Positions 24,897-31,520 of a stretch of DNA of 32,000 bases are shown here, one piece after another; position 1 is the first letter of the stretch, and each line of letters opens with the position of its first letter. This DNA comes from Hyperthermus butylicus DSM 5456 (GTDB lineage Archaea > Thermoproteota > Thermoprotei_A > Sulfolobales > Pyrodictiaceae). Location: assembly GCF_000015145.1 (NCBI RefSeq), contig NC_008818.1, positions 510,001-542,000 on the forward strand, read 5' to 3'. Below the pieces are notes generated by a model. That model searched no databases. It was not told the origin of the DNA and worked only from the letters and a program-made list of their open reading frames with translations. A program made the translations under genes and the position numbers.

Positions 24897-26025
24897 AGGC
24901 TTCTGCATCTGTGCAGACTACGTAGTTGCCGGTAGCGAGCTCGAGCTGCTGCGGGCCGCCTGCATAGAATTCAACGAGGAAGGCATAGTCGTCGGTGTAG
25001 GTGCCTCCCGCAGCCCGGGAAGGCCATGCAGCGCGGTTCCAGGCTACATAATGCCGCCGCTCTGTAACGGCCACATACATGTCCTAGACTACGCACTGGC
25101 CGAGGCTAGAGAGGATAAGCCCCTAGAGAGCCTTGTGGCCCACCCAACCGGGCTCAAGTACAAGCTCCTCGAAGCCCTGGGCGAGGCCAAGCTAGAAGCC
25201 GCCCTTAGAACACTGGCAGCAAGGCTCCAGGACGAGGGCATACTCTACCTCGGAGCTTATGCCGAGATGGGTTTTAGCGGCGCACAGCTCGTCTCGACGG
25301 TACTCCAAAGCTCTGGGCTAAGGGTGAGGCTCCTCCCGCAACCCCTACGCAAAACACTACCAGACTATGAATACCTCCTAGAAGCCTATGGAGGCGCTGG
25401 GCTAGACACGGTATTTGACCTCAACCCCGGCGAACTCGCGGAACTCGCTGCCGAGGCGCGTAGGCGCGGTTTAAGCCTACATGTACACGTGTCGGAGACC
25501 AGGCAGCTCAGAGAAATGCGCGACTACGAGCTAGCACTAGAAGCCAAGCCAACGGCCACGGTACACCTCACTCACCTCGAGCCCAAAGAGGTTCTAGCCC
25601 TAGCAGCTGCTGGCGTCCTCCCGGTGTTCTGTCCGAGGTCCAACAGCTTCCACGGCGTTGGCAAGCCACCCCTAGAGGTGCTGCCACAACTTGCCGGGGA
25701 GCAAGTACCAGTTGCTCTTGGCACGGATAACGCTGCGTGGATTCCACCATCAATAGCAGAGGAGCTCTCCCACGCATACATGATGTGGAGGCCAATGATG
25801 CGAAGCAAAGTGGAGGAGTATGCCCGCTCACTACTCTATGCTGCAACACTGGGCTGCACGAGCCTCCTAGGCCTACAAGCCGAACCCATAGAACAAGGCT
25901 CCACCACAGTACTCGTGGCAGCACTGCCAGACGCCCGCTACACAAACAATCCCCTAATAACTCTCATAAAGAGACTGTCAATAGCCTACAAACAAGTAGT
26001 TAGCACACCAGGTTGGCGTCGATAA
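24868..26025 (+). CDS. Amidohydrolase-superfamily deaminase-class enzyme (COG0402-like), substrate unknown
   Basis: Metal/catalytic set in the correct order: NGHIHVLD (HxH), LSLHVHVSET (HxxE, deaminase-class signature), TVHLTHL, ALGTDNAAW. Overlaps the ribH 3' end by 29 nt, so the start is uncertain. Confidence 0.8.
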   Translation: MKVRQSRSSRGFCICADYVVAGSELELLRAACIEFNEEGIVVGVGASRSPGRPCSAVPGYIMPPLCNGHIHVLDYALAEAREDKPLESLVAHPTGLKYKLLEALGEAKLEAALRTLAARLQDEGILYLGAYAEMGFSGAQLVSTVLQSSGLRVRLLPQPLRKTLPDYEYLLEAYGGAGLDTVFDLNPGELAELAAEARRRGLSLHVHVSETRQLREMRDYELALEAKPTATVHLTHLEPKEVLALAAAGVLPVFCPRSNSFHGVGKPPLEVLPQLAGEQVPVALGTDNAAWIPPSIAEELSHAYMMWRPMMRSKVEEYARSLLYAATLGCTSLLGLQAEPIEQGSTTVLVAALPDARYTNNPLITLIKRLSIAYKQVVSTPGWRR

Positions 26026-26048
26026 TAGTATACCACAAATAGCAAGAT

Positions 26049-26082
26049 TACCATTTAACTCCTAGCCATAAAATAAATGGTA
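26049..26082. terminator. Hairpin between convergent genes (bidirectional terminator candidate)
   Basis: TACCATTTA (26049-26057) and TAAATGGTA (26074-26082) form a perfect 9-bp inverted repeat with a 16-nt loop. On the minus strand it carries TTTATTTTAT directly after the arfB-like stop. Confidence 0.45.
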
Positions 26083-26083
26083 G

Positions 26084-26818
26084 CTACCCCCCGGGAGGTT
26101 TCTTGGCTGTAGTTTTAATTGTTGAGATTAGCTCTGCTACGGCCTCCTCCAGAAGTGTCTCGCCCAGCTCTTGTGACGCTGGCACTGGCTGGTCTGGGTA
26201 CAGTCCTGGGACGTCCTCGGCTATCCATGGCTGGATGGGTGTTCTGTGGTTTGAGCTGTGGAGGATGCTCAGTACGGTGTCTATGTTCTCTTCCTTCAGC
26301 CAGGATCCCTTGTAGCCGCAGGCTAGCAGTATGCTTGCCTCGACGGGGTCGGCGTGAAGTATGCCTGGCTTGAGCCCGTAGCGTTTCTGTAGTGTATCCT
26401 CTACTACCTGCCAGAAGCTGTAGACTAGCACGGGTCTCCCAGTTGTCCTCCTAGCGTATCTGGCGGCGATGTAGGCTGCGTGGAAGGCACCACCATGAAA
26501 CACAGCTATGACGACTGATCCCGTGTATGCTAGGATCTCGTTTAGTAGGTCTACGAGGTACTCTATGAACACGCTGGGACGCACACCGAGCCGCGGGGGC
26601 TCGTGCTCCACGCAGACAGAGTATGGGATGACTGGTAGAATAGCAATACCGTCGGCCCCCTCTACTGAGGTCTTGACGCGCTGTACTACGCAGTCGGCGA
26701 TCAGGACGTCGGATGCTAACGGGAGAACGCCATGGTTTTCGACGGAGGCGACGGGGAGTAGCGCAACGGACGCCCTGCAATATGCGTTGCTGCTATAGGG
26801 GCTACAAACCCGTGCCAA
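26084..26818 (-). CDS. arfB: Creatininase-fold amidohydrolase, ArfB-type (FAPy-ribosylamine-phosphate deformylase candidate)
   Basis: LLPVASVENHGVLPLASDVLIADCV follows the creatininase-family metal-site pattern (S/T-x-E-x-HG...LP...D), and AVFHGGAFHA is also present. Located at the end of the riboflavin cluster. Confidence 0.7.
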   Translation of the reverse strand: MARVCSPYSSNAYCRASVALLPVASVENHGVLPLASDVLIADCVVQRVKTSVEGADGIAILPVIPYSVCVEHEPPRLGVRPSVFIEYLVDLLNEILAYTGSVVIAVFHGGAFHAAYIAARYARRTTGRPVLVYSFWQVVEDTLQKRYGLKPGILHADPVEASILLACGYKGSWLKEENIDTVLSILHSSNHRTPIQPWIAEDVPGLYPDQPVPASQELGETLLEEAVAELISTIKTTAKKPPGG

Positions 26819-26923
26819 AGGGGCTCAGCCAGCACCTACACCTGGTTCAGGCTAAATTATGGGTAACACACTCCTTGGGCATGTGCTGGGTTTATACTGG
26901 GCTACCGATAGCTGCCTACCTGG

Positions 26924-27166
26924 GTGGTCTACCCGGTGAATAGGTATGTGACCGTGTCTGCTAAGATACGCCGCGAACTTAAAGAGGAGGCCGAAAGGCT
27001 CGGTATAGACTTCTCTGAGGTTATAAGAAGGGCTATAGAGGAGGAGGTTAAGCGGAGGAAGCTCCAGCTACTTCGTGAGAAGCTTAACGGTCTGAGAGGC
27101 GCCCTGGAAAAAATTGATGTTGAAGAAATTGTGGAGCTAATTAGGAGGGATCGTGAGGAACGTTAG
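26924..27166 (+). CDS. vapB: Ribbon-helix-helix antitoxin (VapB/CopG-like)
   Basis: VTVSAKIRRELKEEAERLGIDFSEVIRRAIEEEV is a beta-strand plus two helices of RHH type, followed by a charged coiled tail. Its 3' end overlaps the vapC start GTG 27153. Confidence 0.75.
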   Translation: MVYPVNRYVTVSAKIRRELKEEAERLGIDFSEVIRRAIEEEVKRRKLQLLREKLNGLRGALEKIDVEEIVELIRRDREER

Positions 27167-27577
27167 CGTCTTGCGGGGCAAAGGTCTGCTCTTCGATGCA
27201 TCATCGCTAATCTATGCTATTAAGAAGGATAAGGCTGGAGCTGCTAGCGGACAATTATATCCAGTGGCTTACAATCTATGAGGCACTTAATGCTGTGTGG
27301 AAGGAGGCGATGCTGCTTCACAGACTGATCCGTGAGGAGGCTGCAGGTCTTGCAGAGGTTATAGCAGAGTTGGCAGGGTTAATGCGCGTGCTAGATCCAC
27401 GGGGCAGCGAGCTAGAGATAGTGGAGAGGGCACATGAGCTAGGCTTGACAGTATACGACGCATCATATGTTGTTTTAGCGGAAAAAGCATAACCTGATAC
27501 TCGTAACAGAGGATAGGCGGCTTAGGCAGCGAGCTTCAAAACTAGTGGAAGCTAAAAGCCTGGAAGAAATATCCTAG
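27153..27577 (+). pseudogene. vapC: PIN-domain toxin VapC disrupted by two +1 frameshifts
   Basis: Three consecutive frames each carry one part of a PIN domain. Frame 0 (27153-27281): GLLFDASSLIYAIKKDK. Frame 1 (27211-27492): LELLADNYIQWLTIYEALNAVWKE...GLTVYDASYVVLAEK. Frame 2 (27479-27577): HNLILVTEDRRLRQ.... All four conserved acidic residues (D, E, D, D) are present. Removing one G near 27231 and one A from the A5 run 27482-27486 restores a single ~140-aa ORF. Confidence 0.7.
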
Positions 27578-27600
27578 CACTTTTCACAAGGAGAAAGACT

Positions 27601-27659
27601 GTGATGATGCCGTCCCAGTCTGAGCCCAGATGTGCGATGAAGATCTCACGACGAGCTGA
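27601..27659 (+). ncRNA. C/D-box sRNA candidate
   Basis: C GTGATGA 27601-27607, then 12 nt TGCCGTCCCAGT, then D' CTGA 27620-27623. A 13-nt linker leads to C' ATGAAGA 27637-27643, 12 nt TCTCACGACGAG, and D CTGA 27656-27659. Intergenic. Confidence 0.6.
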
Positions 27660-27828
27660 GCTTCGATGCTTGAAACCATACTGGCAAGATGGAAACAAGA
27701 TGGTAATCAGTGTCTAGTTGTAGGTTGTGGTGTTCTGTAGGTTTGATGTACTTGGCAGCCGTCAGGAATATCGGGTTGTGTATGCCCAGAGGCTCTAGTT
27801 GGGGCCTGGCTGGTTTTGGGTGCTGCTT

Positions 27829-28572
27829 ATGCCCGGCGAGAAGTTGTCCAGCGAGGAGCTGGCTAGGTATGATAGACAGCTACCACTGTTTGGTATTGGG
27901 GGCCAGGCTAAGCTTAAGAATGTAAGTGTCCTAATCGCTGGCGTTGGTGGGCTTGGATCGTTCGAGGCTATGTATCTTGCTGCGCTTGGTGTTGGTAGGC
28001 TTGTTCTAGTGGACGCTGATTATGTTGACATTACTAATCTTAACAGGCAGGTGCTCTACTGGACTGAGGATATTGGTAAGCCGAAGCCCTACCCGGCGGC
28101 TGAGAAGCTTCGCCGTCTCAACCCGAATGTTGAGGTTGTTGTTGTTAGGGAGCGTATAACGCCGGAGACGGCGTCCAGGCTTGTGAAGGACGTGGACGTG
28201 GTTATTGATGGGCTTGATAACTGGGAGACGAGGTTAATTCTCGACGAGGCAGCGTATCGGGCGGGTAAACCATACATCCATGCTGGTGTCTATGGGTTTC
28301 AGGGCCAGGTTGTAGTTGTAGTACCTGGTGAGACGCCCTGTCTGCGGTGTCTACTTCCGCCTTTTCTACGTACGCCAGAGCGCATAATAGCAATTAGCCC
28401 CGTGGTGGGTATTGTGGCTGGCATAGTAGTGATGGAGCTGGTAAAGCTTGTAACGGGGATTGGTCGCTCAAATAAGGGAAGAATGATAATAGTTGATACG
28501 TATAACATGGAGTTCATGAACGTAGAGCTAAAGCCCCGCAAGGGGTGCATGTGTCCCGAGCCTGGGGTGTAA
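27829..28572 (+). CDS. ThiF/MoeB/HesA-family E1-like adenylyltransferase
   Basis: LARYDRQLPLFGIGGQAKLKNVSVLIAGVGGLGS (GxGxxG), LVDADYVDITNLNRQ, and the Zn-site cysteines PCLRC and GCMC. ATG 27829 is preferred over the longer 27799 start. Confidence 0.88.
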   Translation: MPGEKLSSEELARYDRQLPLFGIGGQAKLKNVSVLIAGVGGLGSFEAMYLAALGVGRLVLVDADYVDITNLNRQVLYWTEDIGKPKPYPAAEKLRRLNPNVEVVVVRERITPETASRLVKDVDVVIDGLDNWETRLILDEAAYRAGKPYIHAGVYGFQGQVVVVVPGETPCLRCLLPPFLRTPERIIAISPVVGIVAGIVVMELVKLVTGIGRSNKGRMIIVDTYNMEFMNVELKPRKGCMCPEPGV

Positions 28573-28580
28573 GCTAGGCC

Positions 28581-29747
28581 GTGGAGTATGAAAAGCTGGT
28601 ACTTGCAGCGCTTTCCGGCGAAATAGTGTTGAAGTCAGAGCGTACAAGGCCTAGGTTTGAGCAGAGACTAGTTGAGAATATCCATGATGCCCTTAGCCGC
28701 AATAATGTGTCGTGCAAGAGTATCGCCATAGAGTATGCAAGGCTGCTAGTTAGGGACTGCAGCGACTACGATAAGGCGCTGGATACGCTGCTCCGAGTCT
28801 TCGGTGTCCACGGCGCAGCAATAGCCTACAGCTTCAAGCACAGTGGGAGCCTCGACGAGATAGCGGTAGGGGTACGAGAAATCGCGGCTGAATGGGTGAA
28901 AGGGCGCAAGTTCGCGGTGCGCGCCAGGCGTAGTGGTGTCGAGGGCTTCACAAGCCTGGACATAGCTAGGCGTGTAGGCGCAGAGCTCTACCCCTACTCG
29001 GCGGGCGTAGACCTAGAGAAACCCGAGGTGGAGGTATACGTTGAGGTTAGAGGACGCCAAGTCTACGTCTACCAGGGCATGAGGCCTGGGCCTGGCGGGC
29101 TCCCCGTAGGCGTTGAGGGCCGGGCTCTCGTTCTCTTCTCCGGCGGCCTAGACTCTCCAGTTGCGGCATGGTATACGGCTAAGAGGGGCGTCGAGGTTGA
29201 CCTTCTCCACTTCATACTAGCTGTTCCAGCATCAGCCAGGGATGCCGAGCGTGTCGGTAGGAGGCTAGCAGAACTATGGCTCTACGGGTATAAGCCAAAA
29301 CTGTTCCTCGTAGACTTTAGGCCGGTAACAGTAACGATAGCTTCAAACACTAGGAGAGGCTATGAGCAGATAGTGCTAAGGCTAGCAATGTACTATGCAG
29401 CACAGCTAATAGCCGAGAAGCACGGATATGACGCGGTGGTTACAGGCGAGAGTATAGGCCAGGTTTCAAGCCAGACCCTCAAAAACATGAAAGCGATGGC
29501 CCAGGCCTTACCCCTGCGCCTCCCCCTCATAAGGCCCCTGGCTGGCATGGATAAGGAGGAGATAGTAACGGTGTGCAGGAGGATAGGAGTCTACGAGGAA
29601 GCAGCAAAAACCAAGGAGTACTGCCAGATAGCGAGAGGTCTAGCAATAACTAGAGCAGACCCAAAGATTCTGAGCGAAGAGTTCGAAAAGGTAAAAGATA
29701 TTGTTGAAGCTTCACTAGCCACGCTTAAAACTGTCGATCTCGCCTAG
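28581..29747 (+). CDS. thiI: tRNA sulfurtransferase ThiI (THUMP + PP-loop ATPase; no rhodanese domain)
   Basis: N-terminal ferredoxin-like/THUMP half (FAVRARRSG...FTSLDIARRVG). PP-loop ALVLFSGGLDSPVAAW; TGESIGQVSSQT; RPLAGMDKEEI. Confidence 0.88.
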   Translation: MEYEKLVLAALSGEIVLKSERTRPRFEQRLVENIHDALSRNNVSCKSIAIEYARLLVRDCSDYDKALDTLLRVFGVHGAAIAYSFKHSGSLDEIAVGVREIAAEWVKGRKFAVRARRSGVEGFTSLDIARRVGAELYPYSAGVDLEKPEVEVYVEVRGRQVYVYQGMRPGPGGLPVGVEGRALVLFSGGLDSPVAAWYTAKRGVEVDLLHFILAVPASARDAERVGRRLAELWLYGYKPKLFLVDFRPVTVTIASNTRRGYEQIVLRLAMYYAAQLIAEKHGYDAVVTGESIGQVSSQTLKNMKAMAQALPLRLPLIRPLAGMDKEEIVTVCRRIGVYEEAAKTKEYCQIARGLAITRADPKILSEEFEKVKDIVEASLATLKTVDLA

Positions 29748-30366
29748 CCTCATAATACCTAGCGTGTGGATCGGAGAGTATGGGTGATGGATCAACAATA
29801 AGCTCCTCGAGCTTCTGTGCGGGTCTAAACACGACACCCTCAACAAGCCTTGGCGCTCCATGGTTAGCGGCTAGTACTGGGACAACGATTTTCGGCTTCA
29901 CAAGCAGCTCCAGGGCATAGTTACCCTCTGCAATTCTCCTAGCCTGCCTAGCAAGCTTGGCAGCTATCGCTTCAAGTCTTTCTCCTGCCTCCCCCATTCT
30001 AACTATATGAATTGCAAATACTATGCCGTCGCGTCTAGCAACTATATAGTCTACATGTGGTATGCTGGAGACCCTCACTACGCTTGCAACTACTCTTCGA
30101 AGGCCGCGGAGCCTAGAGAGGACCTCTTCGACGAGACTGCCACGCTCCAGCGGTTCGGGCTGTGACTCGAAGCCCGTATAGCAGGCTATGTCACCGGAGA
30201 CTAGGACTATGCCACGGGCTTCAAGCTCGTCAAGTGCCTCTCTAACCTCGCTCAGGGAGAGCCTTGCCCTAGCAGCTATCGTTGCCAGTGAAAGACAGCC
30301 CCGGCCGCGCTGGCTAGACTCTCGCAGTACACGCAGCACCCTCGATGCGTGGTCCCGGCCTGGCAT
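29725..30366 (-). CDS. Winged-helix DNA-binding domain fused to an Hjc/PD-(D/E)xK-like domain with a substituted catalytic motif
   Basis: N-terminal LSLATIAARARLSLSEVREALDELEARGIVLV (wHTH). C-terminal GSLVEEVLSRLRGLRRVV...IPHVDYIVARRDGIVFAIHIVR is collinear with the archaeal Holliday-junction-resolvase pattern GSxxE...D-I-I-A...E-x-K, but reads H-I-V-R where E-x-K is expected. Its 3' end overlaps thiI by 23 nt (convergent). Confidence 0.6.
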   Translation of the reverse strand: MPGRDHASRVLRVLRESSQRGRGCLSLATIAARARLSLSEVREALDELEARGIVLVSGDIACYTGFESQPEPLERGSLVEEVLSRLRGLRRVVASVVRVSSIPHVDYIVARRDGIVFAIHIVRMGEAGERLEAIAAKLARQARRIAEGNYALELLVKPKIVVPVLAANHGAPRLVEGVVFRPAQKLEELIVDPSPILSDPHARYYEARRDRQF

Positions 30367-30380
30367 ACACTACTACCCCG

Positions 30381-30390
30381 CTATTATGCC
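30381..30390 (-). promoter_or_regulatory. TATA-like box for the wHTH gene (leaderless-type spacing)
   Basis: The minus strand reads GGCATAATAG roughly 20 nt upstream of ATG 30366. Confidence 0.3.
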
Positions 30391-30400
30391 TGGAAAGTGG

Positions 30401-30460
30401 TCAGCAATGAGGCCTCCAGTCATCGCTCCCCAAGCTCTTCACGAAGGACGCGGTCATCAT
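30401..30460 (-). ncRNA. C/D-box sRNA candidate
   Basis: Minus strand: C ATGATGA, then 12 nt CCGCGTCCTTCG, then D' TGAA. A 14-nt linker leads to a degenerate C' ATGACTG, 12 nt GAGGCCTCATTG, and D CTGA. Same C-12-D'-13..15-C'-12-D layout as the other two candidates. Confidence 0.45.
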
Positions 30461-30785
30461 ACCCAGGTGCTGGGTAGAGGAGCGCAGGCCCCCTCATCCA
30501 GCTGGGCGTCCACAGCGCCCTGTTGGGGGCCCGGCGGCACCCGAGAGGCCCCGGCCACCTGGTATACAGTAAGTCGCAGGTTTCCGGTTTTAGTCTTGGA
30601 GTGCTGGGGGCCTCTGGGGCGAGAAGACTCCGCATCCCTTGTTGCTCTACGGTTTTCGGACTCGTCTTCACCGGCCCCCAAGTAGCACTAGGATGGTGGT
30701 TAGTGTAGCTATACGCTTTATAGCCTAGGTAAGGCTTTTTACGCGTAGGCCTGGGTTTACGGCTTGATTGGAGGTGTAATGTGCA

Positions 30786-31517
30786 GTGTCGTTCCCGGCT
30801 CCACCAGCGATGATGGGGTATGACCGTAGTACAGCGATGTTCTCTCCTGATGGCCGGCTATTCCAGGTAGAGTATGCTATGGAGGCTGCTAAGCGTGGCT
30901 GGACGATGGTGGGTGTTAGGGCTCGCGACGGTGTGGTGATCGTTGCTGAGAAGAAGAAGACAAGCCCGCTAATCGATATTGAGCAGCTGGAGAAGGTCTA
31001 CATGGTTGACGAGCATATAGGAGCTGGTTTTGTAGGGTTCGGCAGTGATGGTCGCGTGTTGATAGACTATGCTAGGCAGCTAGCGATACAGTACAAGTTC
31101 ATCTATGGCGAGAAGATACCAGTTGAGTACCTTACCAGGCAGATCTGTGACCTAATGCAGCTCTACACCCAGCATGGTGGCGTGAGACCCTTCGGTGTGA
31201 CACTGCTGATAGTCGGTGTAGATGATAGTGGTCCCAAGCTATTCGTTGCAGAGCCGAGCGGCCAGTACATGAGCTATAAGGCTCATGGTCTTGGCCAGGG
31301 TGGTGGCCAGGCTATAGAGATCCTGCAGCGCGAGTACAGGGACGACATAGATGTTGAGGGCGCAATACTCCTGGGCATAAGGGCTGTAGCATCTGTAATG
31401 GAGGGTAAGCCTACGCCGGAAACCCTAGAGGTTGGTGTAGCGGATACTAGGACTGGGAGGTTTAGGAAACTGACTAAAGAGGAGCTATTAAAGTATATAG
31501 AAAAGCTTGGTGCCTAG
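30786..31517 (+). CDS. psmA: Proteasome subunit alpha
   Basis: GYDRSTAMFSPDGRLFQVEYAMEAAKRG...VGVRARDGVVIVAEKK. GTG 30786 sits 9 nt after GGAGGTG. ATG 30810 (MMGYDR) is an alternative start. Confidence 0.95.
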   Translation: MSFPAPPAMMGYDRSTAMFSPDGRLFQVEYAMEAAKRGWTMVGVRARDGVVIVAEKKKTSPLIDIEQLEKVYMVDEHIGAGFVGFGSDGRVLIDYARQLAIQYKFIYGEKIPVEYLTRQICDLMQLYTQHGGVRPFGVTLLIVGVDDSGPKLFVAEPSGQYMSYKAHGLGQGGGQAIEILQREYRDDIDVEGAILLGIRAVASVMEGKPTPETLEVGVADTRTGRFRKLTKEELLKYIEKLGA

Positions 31518-31520
31518 AGA

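Noticed and set aside
27710-27925. 71-aa + strand ORF overlapping the thiF start
   Set aside because: Cys/Leu/Gly-rich, out of frame with the well-supported E1-like gene, and with no Gly-Gly terminus or beta-grasp-like pattern. It is not the missing Ubl.
30459-30568. H/ACA guide RNA (10-bp lower stem followed directly by ACA)
   Set aside because: The stem length and ACA position fit. However, the enclosed 86 nt is too large for a single pseudouridylation pocket, and no K-turn/K-loop GA..GA element is visible in the apical part.
30188-30685. Track ORFs 30188..30685 (+), 30420..30671 (-) and 30457..30681 (-) as protein genes
   Set aside because: They mutually overlap and are Ser/Pro/Arg/Gly/Ala low-complexity. 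The first is largely antisense to the well-supported wHTH gene. Open frames of this kind are expected by chance in GC-rich sequence.
30391-30700. Assignment of the GC-rich region to RNase P RNA or SRP (7S) RNA
   Set aside because: GGAAAGTGG (30392-30400) and ACAGTAAGTCGCAGG (30566-30580) loosely recall RNase P CR-I/CR-V, but the P4 pairing does not form. The first motif also lies inside the wHTH promoter / C/D candidate. No GGAA-tetraloop plus AGCA helix-8 motif or UGUAA Alu-domain turn could be placed for SRP RNA on either strand. Left as unassigned.
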